Assembly: GCF_963921235.1 (NCBI RefSeq)
Contig: NC_086097.1
Coordinates: 223,264,001 to 223,328,000 of the forward strand
Origin: Mobula hypostoma
Taxonomy: Eukaryota
Length of the DNA stretch: 64,000 nucleotides
Reading direction: 5' to 3'
Part shown: positions 50,212-62,889 of the stretch, one piece after another
Numbering within the stretch: position 1 is the first letter of the stretch
Layout of the letters: each line of letters begins with the position of its first letter
Made by a program: the position numbers and the translations under genes
The notes under the pieces: generated by a model
Told to the model about the DNA's origin: nothing
Seen by the model: only the letters and a program-made list of their open reading frames with translations
The model's database searches: none

Positions 50212-50795
50212 TAGCAAGTTAATATTCTATCCGACAAATTTTGGTATAAAAACAGGTAAAGCTTTCTTGAACAAGATGACACAGAATAATGATGAAGAAT
50301 TACTGCAATGTAACATTTTACTAATATATTTCTAATCCTTGCTGGTATTTCTGCATGTCAAGAGATTGTGTGGACCAGTGATCACAGGATTTTTCAAACC
50401 CCTGTAGACTCAGATTAAATCTCTGACATCTAATTCTCAAACCAATGAATAACTTTTCCAGTCTTTAGCTATGCTGCTGGGGGAGGGGAAAGCATCAACT
50501 ATTTTAAGAACAACTGTCCTCATTCTCTTCACTGAAGCTAATAGATCCCTGACATATCAATCAAAGTTGCCAGAATCTATTTCAGAATCTATAGTCCAGT
50601 CTCCTGGCTGGACATTAATGGCTACTTTCTTTTATTTAAACAGAATTTGGGAGCCAATGGGGCAAACTTTTACAAGGATAATTTCTACACTCTCTCATAT
50701 TAATTTAGCATCTTCATGCAACAGTAGCTTAAACATAATATACTGAACAAATTGTTTATAACCATCATGAAATTTGTTACTCATTTACAACATAC

Positions 50796-50936
50796 AATGG
50801 TAAATCTATTCGTGGTAATGAAAAAGCCTTCCAAATATATGAAGCTATAGCATCAGAGCAAGCGAACGTAGTAGACTCTATCTTCTGAGGAGCTAATTTC
50901 ATGCTTCAGTAAAGATCAACAATAAATCTAGTACTC
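50796..50936 (-). pseudogene. Candidate exon with frameshift (GVLDLLLIFTEA/MKLAPQKIESTTFACSDAIASYIWKAFSLPRIDLP)
   Basis: Acceptor atgtag|GA (phase 1); donor TT|gtatgt. Needs a 1-nt frameshift. QHLCLGVLDLLLI resembles GREB1 QNLDLG..VDFLICI. Confidence 0.5.
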
Positions 50937-51215
50937 CTACATTAATGCTTGAATGAAACTGATGTTATCTTTGTAGTACTGTACTGTAATTCAGGAATAA
51001 TGAGTTTTCAGTTAAATTACATTTTCTGCAATATTTCCAACTCTGGTGAAATCTAATACTTGTGTCAAAAAAAAACGGCTTCCACAAACTTCTACTCCCC
51101 AGGAAATTTTAAACTGTTTTTAATGGTACAATTGAAAGACATAGTTAATGGAAAAATGGTTAAAACCAATGGGACAGACCTTCTCCTGAATTCCAATGCC
51201 TTTGTCGGGGTTTAC

Positions 51216-51373
51216 CCAAGCAGAGGTGCTGGTTTCTAGACAATTTCTGTCCTAACATTTGTGATGTAAACTTGCCTGTGTTGCACCACTGGCTTCCTTA
51301 TGGAGTCCTATGGAGCAACACTATCTGCTGCAGACCTCCCAGTTCTCGGGCTGAAAATCTTTCTGAACATGTG
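51216..51373 (-). pseudogene. Exon with one stop (TCSERFSARELGGLQQIVLLHRTP*GSQW...NQHLCL)
   Basis: Acceptor tttaatacag|C (phase 2, matches the previous exon). Donor TGG|gtaaac in phase 1; an alternative phase-1 donor lies at 51180. TAA at 51298-51300. Confidence 0.7.
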
Positions 51374-51734
51374 CTGTATTAAACATGAAAGCTCCTTTTC
51401 AAACAAATGGGAGACGTGGACACAAGGGAGAAGGGCAGATGTATTTTTATTAGTTAAGTCAACCTTAATTATTTGAATTGATCTTTTGTGTGACTGTTCT
51501 ATAGCTTTCCAAATATAAGGGGAAGTATCTTAATACTAATGTTTTAACAACACCGTTTTCTTTTCATGTTTTGAATTTTATTGCATATTTGCAAATATAA
51601 AAGATATTTGTTGAACATCTATGGCATTCACGGTCGTTCAATACCACAACCATACTGTTAGCTTTGATAAGGTGACAGCCTGGGTGGCTCGTCCACAGTG
51701 ACTGCTAAAAGCATTTTCTGGGTCAGCTGGTTAC

Positions 51735-51841
51735 CTGCAGTAAGAAGCCCCCCTGCCACACTCCACCATGCAAAATGTTGGGTTCCCAAGGACAATAGTG
51801 TTGTAGGCAACAATGTGGCCTGAAGTAGGCAACCAGCAATC
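51735..51841 (-). pseudogene. Exon, open frame (DCWLPTSGHIVAYNTIVLGNPTFCMVECGRGASYC)
   Basis: Acceptor ttcctttgcttcag|GAT; donor CAG|gtaacc; 107 nt, phase 0 to 2. Confidence 0.8.
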
Positions 51842-52252
51842 CTGAAGCAAAGGAAGATCTGCCCCTGGTATTTAACCATGCATTGGAAGAAAAAGACACA
51901 GATTCCAATCTTTGTTGATACTTAATCACCAAACTTTTCCCAGATCAGGGCATGGATAAACCAAGAAAAAAAGATTTTTAAAAAATGACAACTTTGTATT
52001 TCACCATTAACCACCAAGCAATTTGACCATATGGCCCTTAATATGGCTGTGAGTAACAGTACAGTATTAGATTAGATTAGATTCAACTTTATTGTTATTG
52101 TGCTGAGTAAAGATACAAGGCCAATGAAATGCAGTTAGCATCTAACCAGACATACTTCTGGATATAGTAACACATTAGGTATTAAAAAAGAAAAATGTAA
52201 TGAAGTTATCACATTTAATATACAAACGTAGATTATATTTTTTATCGTTTAC

Positions 52253-52366
52253 CTGATCACGGCTAGCTTCAATGGAATTTCCTATGCCGTGAAAAGTTAT
52301 CTGCACAGGAGAAAGTGTCAGGTATGTCACACATTCTTTGCCGTTTTGCATATCACTGTACTGCAC
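52253..52366 (-). pseudogene. Exon, open frame (VQYSDMQNGKECVTYLTLSPVQITFHGIGNSIEASRDQ)
   Basis: Acceptor attatttttctag|GTG; donor CAG|gtaaac; 114 nt, phase 0 to 0. Resembles GREB1 VNYELVTGK..STLCP. Confidence 0.8.
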
Positions 52367-52624
52367 CTAGAAAAATAATGACACAAGTACAGAAATAAAA
52401 CCAAGGTGTAACAAATTTCAAATAAAATTAATCAGCATTAGATTTGCTAAAATAAAATGCCATTGTATATTTTAATCATGCAAATATATGTACACTGAGA
52501 TTCCTCTTAGAGTTAAGCATCTAAAGGGTTTAAATGTTTTAGCCAAAATGAAAGCAGTGGGCTTGATAGATGTGGTCTCTTGGGTATTCCTGGAGGCTAG
52601 TGACCTATTTTTGATTTGAACTAG

Positions 52625-53320
52625 TTCAAAGTTCAAAGTAAATTTATTATATACAACCCTGAGATTCTCTTCTTGCTGACATACGCAATAACTCCAATAA
52701 CCATAATAGAATCATTAAAAGACAGACAACAGGGTGGACAACCAGTGTGCAAAAGACAACAAACTGTGCAAATACAAAAAGAAATTTTAAAATGTAATAA
52801 ATATCTCGAAAATGAAATTGTCCCTTGAAAGTGAGTACATAGGATATGGGAACAGTTCAGTAATGGAACAAGGGAAGTTCTCCCCTCTGGTTCAAGAGCC
52901 TGATAATTGAGGGGTAATAACTCTTACTGAACTTAGTGGAGTGAATCCTGAGGCTCCTGTACCTTTTTTTCCTGATGGTAGCGGAGAGAAAAGAGAATCA
53001 CCTGGATGCTAGGGGTCACCAATGATGGATGCTGCTTTCCCGTGACAAAGCTCCGTGTAGATGTGCACAACGTTGAGGAGGGCTTTACCCATGGTGGACT
53101 GGGCCATATCCACTACTTTTTGTAGGATTTTCTGTTCAAGAACATTGGTGTTTCCATACCAGGCTGTGATGCAGCCAATCAATATACTCTACCACACATC
53201 TACAGAAGTTTGTCAGAGTTTTACATGTCATTCCAAATCTTTACAAACTTCGAAGTAAGGGTGCTGGTGTACTTTCTTAGTAATGGCACTTACATCTGTG
53301 CTGGACTTAGGACAGATCAT
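52625..53320 (-). mobile_element. Rex1-like LINE 3' fragment
   Basis: Reverse-complement similarity to 48900-49420. Confidence 0.7.
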
Positions 53321-53493
53321 CAAAACGCAAAGCATAAAAACTAGTCAATCAACAGTAGTTTTCTCACACTGGAGAAAATGGTATGGTCAGGGATAATTTC
53401 AATCCAAATATCTACTAAATTCCCTGATACAGTACACAGAAAAATTCTTTGATGATCATCAACTCTAGATCTTCAAAAGACTTTGTCTTACTA

Positions 53494-54076
53494 CAGGTCA
53501 ACCTTCTATAATCTGGCACCATTGGGACCTGAGGAGTGCTGGATTAGTGAAAATGCCGAATTACAGAAGGATCACATTAAGCAATAGCTAACCACCTCAT
53601 CATACCTTTAAAATATCATGTAAATCAGTACAAGTTAGATAATAATGAAACAGAAATATTAAATGAGTAGCAAGTGAAAATTTAATAAAGTATTATACTG
53701 TACAGGCACAGATAAAATAAAGGGTACAGGTAAATGTACAGGAATTAATTTATACAGAACAATTGAGGACTTGCACTTCTAAAGTGAGACGTTTAATATA
53801 CCTTCAGGCAAAGTTACATGTCTGCAAGTGTGGGGTTGTCAGGATCATCAACATCTTCATCTTGAAAAGTGAGTGAAGCATCAGGAACTGGAGCTGAAAC
53901 TGGCACAACAGTTTCTTCAAAAACTGTTGATGTTGGTAGCAGCACATCTGGGTGAGCAGAAGCAGAAGTCAGAGAAAGGAGGTCTTCTAAACAGTACATT
54001 TCACGCGACCGCCAGGGGACCGGGGATTCGGCGCTGGGCTCTTCCATCTTCACTTGCAGTTACTGAAGGAGTCCTC

Positions 54077-54123
<47 letters not shown>

Positions 54124-54476
54124 CGCCACGACTGATCTGAGGTCGTAGGCAGAAGAGAACGGATCACTGGCCAGGCGATGCTGGAGGGCAGTGTGCGACT
54201 GCTGGCAGGCGGGTGAGAAGGTGGACTGACCCAGCGCACGCCAGCGCTTCATGCAAATGATATTAATAAGTGCAGGAAAACAAGCATGAATCGCCTGTCT
54301 GTGGTTACAAGAGCGCACCAACACGTGAACAGATCTAGCGCAACCAAAACAGTGTGCAGCAGATTGCTACGGTGGCCTTGGAAATTTGAAATCACAGTTG
54401 CATGGAAAATTTGAAATCAGTGCCAGATTATCGAAGGAACCGAATTACAGGTAGTCGGATTAGTGAAGGTTGACTG
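53494..54476 (-). mobile_element. Tigger/pogo-like non-autonomous element
   Basis: TA-flanked TIRs caggtcaaccttctataatc / gattagtgaaggttgactg. Acidic C-terminal remnant in ORF 53814..54053. Confidence 0.75.
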
Positions 54477-54654
54477 TATTTATTCACACATTTAGACTGT
54501 TTTCTCTCACTCAGCAGTTCATTAAACTGCTTCTTCCACATGCATTATTCTGAAAAGGCAACAAAATTATATAAAGTGTTTCAGCTGTTCATCAAATGTA
54601 AATATCAGAGAAGTGTGATATTGATTTGAAACTTTCAAAACTAAGTAAACAACT

Positions 54655-57310
54655 ACTCACTCCTTTATCTATCCTGCCTGTTATTTCCTCTGGCAAGATC
54701 TCTCCTCAAGGTAACCATGGCCTACTTTATCATGTGCCTCCAAGTACCCTAAAACCTCACCCTCGATAACGGACTCCGACATCTTTCCAAGTACTAAAGT
54801 CAGGCTAACTGGCCTATAACTTCTATTCTTCTGGTTCCCTCCCTTAAAGAGAAGAGTGACATTTGCCATTTTCTAGTCCTCAGGAACCACTACAGGATCT
54901 AATGATTCTTGAAAGATCATTACTAATACCTCCACAATCTCTTCAGCCAACTCTTTCAGAACCCTGGAGTGTAAACCATCTGGTCCAGGTGACTTAGCCA
55001 CCTTCAGACTTTTTAGCTTCCAAAGCACCTTTTCTCTTGTAATAGCAACGATACTCACTTCTGCCTCCTGGCACTCTTGAATTTCTGGCATTCTTCTAGT
55101 GTCTTCCACAGTGAAGATTGGTGCAAAATACATGAAATTCCTCTGCTATTTCTTTCTCCCCTATTGCTACCTCTCCAGTGTCATTTTGCAGTATTCCAAT
55201 ATCCACTCGTCTCTCTTTTACTCCTTGTATACTTGAAGAATCTTTTTTGTATCCTTTTATATTATTAGCTAGCTTATCTTCATATTTCATCTTCCTTCTC
55301 TTTATGGCCTTTGTCTTTACCTTCTATTGGTTCTTAAAAGCTTCCCAATCCTCTACATTCCCATTAATTTTTGCTCTGTTATATGCCCTCTCTTTTGCTT
55401 TTATGCTGTCTCTGAATTTCTTTGTCCGCCATGGTTGCCTCATCCTCTCTTTAGAATAGTTCATCTTTGGGATGTATCTTGCTCCTTCTGAATTTTGCCA
55501 GATACACCAGCCACTGCTGTCTGCCGTCATCCCTGCTAGTGACCCCTTCCAATCAACTTTGGCCAACTCCTCTCTCAAGCCTCTGTAATTCCCTTTACTC
55601 CACAGTAATGCTGATGCATCCAATTTTATCTTCTCCTTCTCAAACTGCAAGGTGAAATTATATTATGATCTCTCCTGCTAAGGGTTCTTTTACCTTAAGT
55701 TTCCTAATCAAATCTGGGTTATTACACACCCAATCCAGAATTGTTATCCCCCTATTCGGCTCAACCACAAGCTGTTCTAAAAAGCCATCTCGTAGGTATT
55801 CTACAAATTCCCTCTCTTGGGATCCAGCAACAACCGGATTTTCCCAATCTACCTGCATATTGAAATCCCCCATGATAATCACTAAATTGACCTTTTGACA
55901 TGCCTTTTTAAAATCTCCCATTGTAATCAGTAACCCACATCCTGTCTACCTTTTGGAGGCCTGTATACAACGTCGATCAGGGTCTTTTCATCCTTGCAGT
56001 TTCTTAACTCTACCCATATGTTACCTCTTTCTAAGGATTTGATTTCATTTTTTACCAACAGACCCACCCCACTCTCTGCTCATATGTTGTCTATCCTTAG
56101 GTGTTCAGCTCTCAACTATGATCTTCAGCCACAACTTGGAATTGCCCATAACGTCATACCAGTCAATCTCCAATTGCGTGACAAGATCATCTCCATTATT
56201 CCGTGTATTATGTGCATTCAAATATAACACCTTCAGTTCCGTTTTCATCACCCTTTTTAATTGTGGCCCCCTGTTACACTTTAACTCATCCCACTGATTG
56301 CAATTTTGCCCCATCATCTGCCCATCCTTCCTTACAGTCTCGCTACACATTGCATCTACTTGTATACCAACTGTGCCATCCTTAGCCCTGTCACTCAGGT
56401 CCCCATCCCCCTTCCAAATTAGTTTAAACCCTCTCAAGAGCTCCAGCAAACCTAGCCACAAGAATATTCATCCCCTTGGGTAAAGGTGTAATCTGTCCTT
56501 CTGTACAGGTCATACCTTCCCCAGAAGAGATCCTAATGATCCAGAAATCTGAAACCCTTCCCCCTGCACCAATTCTTCAGCCATGCATTCATCTATGTAC
56601 AAAATCATTCTATCCTTAACTGCACTGGCATGTGGCAGAGGCAGCAATCCAGAGATTATTACTCTGGAGGTCCTGCTTTCAGCCTAACTCCTTATATTCT
56701 CTCTTCAGGATCATCTCCCTTTTCCTACCTATGTTGCTGGTACCAATATGTACCACAACTTTCTGCTTTCCTCCTTTAGAATGCTGTGGACCTGATCTGA
56801 GACCCTGGCACCTGGGAAGCAACATATCATCACATCCAGAGAATCTGCTTTTTGCTCCTCTAGTTATGAAATCTCCTATCGCTATTTTGCTTTCCTCTCT
56901 CCCTCCTTTTCTTCTGAGGTGTAGAGACAAACTCAATACCAGAGATCTGATTGCTATAGCCTTCCCCTGGTAGGTTATCCCCAGCAGCAGTATCCAAAGC
57001 GGTATACTTATTATTGAGGGGAAGGGCCACAGGAGTACTCTGCACTGGCTGCCTATGCCTTTTCCCTCTCCTGACAGCCACCCAGGGACCAGACTCCTGA
57101 AACTACGGTGTAACTAGCTCCCTGTAGCTCCTATCTATCACCTTCTCATTCTACCATATGAGCAAAGGTCATTGAGCTGCAGCTGCAGTTCCTTAATGTG
57201 GTCTCTAAGGAGATGCAGCTTGACGCATTTTTCACAGATATAGTTATCAGGAAGACTAGCAGTCTCCCAGATTTCTCACATCTCACTCAAGGAACATACC
57301 ACTACTTCCA
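54655..57310 (-). mobile_element. Degraded CR1 LINE (ORF1, endonuclease and start of RT)
   Basis: Minus-strand ORFs 56679..57081 (VVVHIGTSNIG), 55658..55921 (MGDFN), 54873..55133 (KSPGPDGLH) and 54681..54869 (YRPVSLT). Confidence 0.88.
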
Positions 57311-58795
57311 GAGCCATTCTCAGTGCACTAGCTATGAACTAACAGAAAAAATTAGTAGAAACCTTCTTTCTTACTTGGAACCTCCACCAGTGCTTCTCCA
57401 AGCCCGTAGAGCCAAAGCTGAAACACTGTTAGAATGTTCCACTCCAACAATGGCTACTCCGCTTACACCTCCTTTCTTGTTATTAGCCAGCATTGATTGC
57501 TGCCCATGGAGAAAAAATACACACACACACATTCACACACAGTTTTGTATATAAATATTTATACCGAATGCATTCAACATATCAAATTCCAGTATTTTGA
57601 ATCGAGTCTTGGATGTCTTCAACTTTAAATATATTAAATTCCAGGGTGACTGAAGGCAACACACTCAACTGAATCTGTTGCAACATATTACACATTTTCG
57701 GGTCACATACTTTGCAGCACTGTTGTACATGAATAAAGAGTCAGTGGCAACAAAGACTTAAAAATAAAGGACAGAAAACGGTTGTTTTTCAGACTGGGGA
57801 GTGGTAGAAGTGGGGTCCCAGGTTTCAATGCAGAGACCAACTTGAATACGAGTGGGTGAGATATATTGAGCAGACGACATGAACAGTGAGGAGACAGCAA
57901 TAATACCACAAGAGTCTCTAGGTAGGCTAAAAGAACATGCAGACCAGTTGCAGATGAAATAAAAATAAGAGAACGTGGAAATGTCAGTGCTTTCAATTGG
58001 TCAATAGCTTAAGACATTAACTGTTTCTCTCCATACAGACGCAGTATGGACCACCTAGATATTCCCAGCATGCTGTTTTATTTCAAATTTGCAACATCTA
58101 TGTTTGCTTTTCGAAGTGGCCAATCAAAGTTAAAATAGGGAGAGAGTTAAGTGACACATTTTGGCAGACTGAGTGAGACATAATAGGGTTAAAAGGCCCC
58201 ATTCTAAGGAAGTACAGACAAAGGGACTCGTGAATATGCATCAATCTGTGGGAAAAACAGGCATGGCATATGAAGAGACTGCTTGGTAAAAAAACATATG
58301 GAATTCTATGCTTCATAAACAGAGGCAAAAACTATAACAGCAAGCAGATTATGCCCAGCTTTTATAAAAGGCTGGTTAAACCACAATGGGGGAAATACAA
58401 TCCAATTCCGGATACAAGAGTTTAGGAAAGATTTGAAGACCTTCCAGACAGTGGAGAAAAGATTTAACAGAATGATTCCTGAGAAGAGGGATTTCAGATA
58501 GGGTGGAGAAGCTGGCATGAAAACAGAAAATGTTGGACATGCTCTGCAGGTCAGGACATGAAGTCTTTCAAGAGAGAAACAGTCAACATTTTTGAAGTTA
58601 GGGTGAGAGTTAGGATATATTCAAGGGCAAATAACAGGCAAAATTTTTATGAAAAAAAGATCTGGAATTCCAAAATGTATAGCAGCTAATTAAATAAGAG
58701 ATGCTGGCATGTGTTTAGCATACAATGAAATATAATCTCCAGTGATGGCTGCATTTAATGGAATTTGTTCTGTAATAAGAGAGAAAACAAAATAC

Positions 58796-58930
58796 CTTAA
58801 ATGAAGAAAAAGTCTCTGGTGATCTCTCAGTTATATTACAATGTCACAGGATAAAAGTCATTAAGAACATAGCAAGAGCAGGAGAATGAGCTCCAAAACA
58901 ACTTGGTAAAATAAAAAATATCAATCAGCT
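58796..58930 (-). pseudogene. Exon with two TGA stops (S*LIFFILPSC...FIL*HCNITERSPETFSSFK)
   Basis: Acceptor aaacag|AGC; donor AAG|gtattt; 135 nt, phase 0 to 0; TGA at 58925-58927 and 58844-58846. Confidence 0.75.
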
Positions 58931-59030
58931 CTGTTTTAAGTACATAGGATAAATGAAAAAAATAAAAATTGTGCAACATCGCAAATTTCAAATGTCTTTT
59001 CATGTAAATTTCATGTAAACAAAGAAAATG

Positions 59031-59067
59031 GTGTGTGTGTGTGCGCGCGCGCGCACACATGCACACA
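59031..59067. repeat. (GT)n(GC)n(AC)n alternating purine-pyrimidine tract
   Basis: gtgtgtgtgtgtgcgcgcgcgcgcacacatgcacaca. Confidence 0.9.
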
Positions 59068-59104
59068 GAAGAGAGAGAAAAAGAGAAACAGGTTCAAGAC
59101 TAAC

Positions 59105-59301
59105 CCTTCTAACAGTTTCAGGGATGTTAGAGTAATCTGTCGTCAGATTCAAAGTCAGTGAATGCATGCAAGTGGGTATATAATATGAAAGTGAAAATAG
59201 TTTCAGAAATGACTGTGTAACCTGGTTATATTTTGTAACCACAAGCGCTGTGGATAAGGTAACTTTTACAATGTTATCTTTGTGGACTTCCTTTGATAAC
59301 A
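59105..59301 (-). pseudogene. Exon, open frame (LSKEVHKDNIVKVTLSTALVVTKYNQ...IPETVRR)
   Basis: Polypyrimidine tract then aag|TG; donor AGG|gttagt; 197 nt, phase 1 to 0, no stop. Confidence 0.75.
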
Positions 59302-59688
59302 CTTCACACATGAACAAGCAAAAACGAAAGCAGACAGAATTTCAGAGCACTTTGTTCTTGAGTTGGTAATTGTTGGATAAGAATCAGAATGAGGGTGTAC
59401 AAGACAGGATGATAGTAAATCATCTTCCAATAAATCAAAGATAGAAAGAAGCAGAGAAGTTACTCAACTGTGAAAATTTTATATGTGATAGCAATGATTT
59501 CCTTGGACCAGGAATGAAGTCTTCACTGTTAACTAGATAAAAGTTCAGAGAGCTTCCTGCCCTAATTTACAGATTATACTGAGATGAGTGGGATAATATG
59601 GAGATAAAAAGCAAAAATTTACAGAAAATATAAAAAACTGAGTGAACCAAATACGTCAGTGGAATGTGACATGTGAAAGTACGATCCA

Positions 59689-61325
59689 AGAGAGTACCCC
59701 AGTGGCTGTACCCCTTGACAATAAGTGCTCCTGTTTGAGTACTGTTGAGGGGGACAGCCTACCTGGGGGAAGCAACAGTGGCCGTGCCTGTGGCACACAG
59801 TCTGGCCCTGTAGCTGAGAAGGGTAGGGAAAGGAAGAGGAGGTCAGTAGTAACAGAGGACTCAATAGTTAGGGGGTCAGACAGGCGATTCTGTGGACACA
59901 GCCAGGAGACGCGGATGGTAGTTTGCCCCCTGGTGCCAGGGTCCAGGATGTTTCTGATTGCGTCCAAGATATCCTGAAGTGGGAGGATGAGGAGCCAGAG
60001 GTCGTGGTACATATAGGTGCCAATGACTAGGTAGGAAAAGGGAAGAGGTCCTGAAAGTAGAATATAGGGAGTTAGGAAGGGAGTTGAGAAGAAGGACCGC
60101 AAAGGTAGTAATCTCGGGATTACTGCCTGTGCCACGCGACAGTGAGAGTAGGAATGCAATGAGGTGGAGGATAAATGCGTGGCTGGGAGATTGGAGCAGG
60201 GGGCAGGGATTCAAGTTCCTGGCTGTGTTCGGCGATTTTAATGCCCAGGTCGGACTGGAAGATGTTCCATACTCATACAAAGACTTTACCAACAGAAATG
60301 GACAATATCTAGTTGATTTCATCCAGGAACACAGTCTCATTGCAGCCAACACACAACTCAAGAAGCGAGCTGGTAAACTGTGGACATACGAAAACAAAGC
60401 CTCCATCTACAGGAAACAGCTTAACTACATCCTCGTAAGAACAAAATGGCGTAATTGTGTGATCAACACAGAAGCCTACAGCACCTTCAACTCGGTCAGT
60501 TCTGATCACAGAGTAGTGTCAATGCAAGTGAGACTGAGCCTGCGGCAACCCAAAGCCACAGGTCCCAAGGAGAAGGTGGACTGGAAGGCATTCTCCTCAC
60601 AACCTATTCTTCAAGCCCAGTACACAGTGGAGGTGAGAAATCGCTTCGGCCCACTGGATAGGGAGGAGGAAGAGACTGCCACCGACCGCTATCAATGGCT
60701 CATAGATGCACACACAGATGCAACAAAGAGTTTGCCTACTGTGAAGCTAATCAAGAAGAGCTGGATCTCGAAACATCCTGACGTCGTCGCAGCAAGACGT
60801 GTGGTCAATGCTTGTCATGCCGAACTTAGAAGGAGTGAAACAGAAGAGCTAAGAGACAAGTTCAAGACAGCAAAGAAGAATCTCTTTGCCACCTACGACC
60901 GACTGAAGGAAGAAGAACTAGCTGAGAGGATTAGAGAGATAGAGGCTGCTAATGAAGACAAGCAGCATGGAGAAGCATGGCACCTGGTCAATGAGATCAG
61001 CAGACGGAAGAAGTCCCCATCAGGTCAAATAAGTGGTAAAACAGCAAAGGACCATGTCCAGACATGGTTTACCCACTTTAAGATCCTGCTGGGAAGCCCT
61101 CCAACGATCACAGAAGAAGAGGACATACCCACAATACTAACGCAAGTTGACATCGATGACGGCCCATTCACCATCGAGGAACTGAAAAAGGCCAAATATG
61201 CACTCAAACAGGGCAGGAGCGCTGGACCAGATGGGATACCACCAGATGTCATGAAGAACTGCGAACTGGATGACATCTTGCTGGACATATGTAAAACGGC
61301 ACTGATGAAAGGTGACCATTATACA
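59689..61325 (+). mobile_element. Composite element: CR1 ORF1 fragment (to about 60222) joined to an RTE/RTE-X-type endonuclease-linker fragment
   Basis: ORF 60084..61331 switches from CR1 ORF1 (AKVVISGLLPVPR..GFKFL) to AVFGDFNAQVG..NRNG..SSDH..SAGPDGIPP. Confidence 0.8.
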
Positions 61326-61402
61326 TGCTAACGATTTACCAACAAATTCCTCCATTAGATTACACAGTTACCGTACATGTTATTTATTTGCCAGTTAGTT
61401 AC

Positions 61403-62121
61403 CAGCTGACATGTTTGAGTTAGCTACTATATGGGTTGGTTGTCTTGTTATGGCTTGTGCAGTCAATAGGAGTGAATGTAGCAGAAAAAAGCAATGAGTG
61501 GCTTCATTTCAAAACTTCAGCAGAACTCTGCTGCTCCGAAATGTGCCTTCTGGTACTGTTTCCAAACAATGAAAGGGAAAATTAAGAGGACACATAAGGC
61601 AAGGCAAACTATGTGAAAAGGAAGGAGGTTGAAACACAGCAGATCTCCAGCAAGACTCTTTAGTCTATTCAGGGAGCAATTCTATTGAGCATCCCAAAAA
61701 GGAGTGAAGTGTGCGTGACCACCCTGAAAAAAGTCGGCGATGCCACCTGCTTAAGTGAGGAGCATTAAGGCTTTGGCCTTTACGTGGGTTTGATTTGGCT
61801 CTGCATCTAGGTGAATGTCTTTCTAGGCACACTCCATTTCAGAAAAACAGGATTAGGGGCTGCTTTCACAAGGTTTCGTGGTTTTTCTAACACACTGCTT
61901 GCATTCACATCACTTTGAAGAGAACATCAGTGTGTAAGAACCACACAAGCTTCCAGTCCTGAGTGAACAATTGAGATGTAACCAACCCCATGACAACATG
62001 ATAGTTACAGCCCAGCAACCAATAATTCTGATTGGCACAGTAAATTGGCGATCTGCTGTACCCTCTATTGCTCTTGAGCCTCCATTGCAAACCAATGAGT
62101 TCTGCGTTCTCATGGTTCAAC
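61403..62121 (-). pseudogene. Exon of the GREB1-family pseudogene (LNHENAELIGLQW...ANSNMSA)
   Basis: Acceptor tttcacatgttaccag|G and donor GCTG|gtaact (phase 1, matches the next exon). About 239 codons with 6 stops in one frame. Includes ORF 61905..62120. Confidence 0.55.
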
Positions 62122-62889
62122 CTGGTAACATGTGAAAGACAGTACCCTAGACAGTTAATATTCCTCGATTACTGTACTGGAATGTTTCTCGAGCCCAAAA
62201 CCTCCTCACTGCAGTGATGGAGCTAGACAATAATTCATTGCTAACACAGACAGGCTCTCTCATTTTTAGTAAAATATACAAAATGCTGGAGGCACTCAGC
62301 AGCTCAGGCAGCATCTATGGAGAGGAATAAAGAGCTGAGTTACCAGCTGAGACCCTTCAACAGGACTGAGTCTTTCATCTTTATCTAGCAATAAAGCAAA
62401 ATTACCTATTAAATTTTGACTATTTTTCAAATTTTCTCTGGTTGATTTGTAGAAGTCAGTGGTAACCAATGGGTTGATTTTTTTTAGCTACTTGTTAAAG
62501 AAAGAGTGAATTAGTCATTTTCACCATTCTGAGACTTTTAAGAGGCTCCTGTATAGGTACATGGAGCTTAGAAAAAGAGGGCTATGGGTAACCCTAGGTA
62601 ATTTCTAAGGTAAGTAAATGTTCAGCACAGCATTGTGGGGCGAAGGGCCTGTATTGTTTTGTAGGTTTTCTATGTTTCTAAGATCAAGCTGAACCAACAC
62701 AGATCAGATACTTCTTGATTGATCTGATCTTTTTTCTAGCAAAGCAACAAAAATAAGAGTTCTTCAGACAAATTTGTTACCTGAAAACTGACAATTGAGA
62801 GGATTGAACTTCAGATGTCTGAAGGCACTTTTCCAAATTTCTGTAACTTAAAGAAAACTAGGGCCTGAACTGTCAATGAAACTTAAAGG

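Noticed and set aside
52253..52290. NSIEAS as a match to the GREB1 N-terminal LHNSIEAS
   Set aside because: Out of colinear order, so treated as coincidence and not used as evidence.
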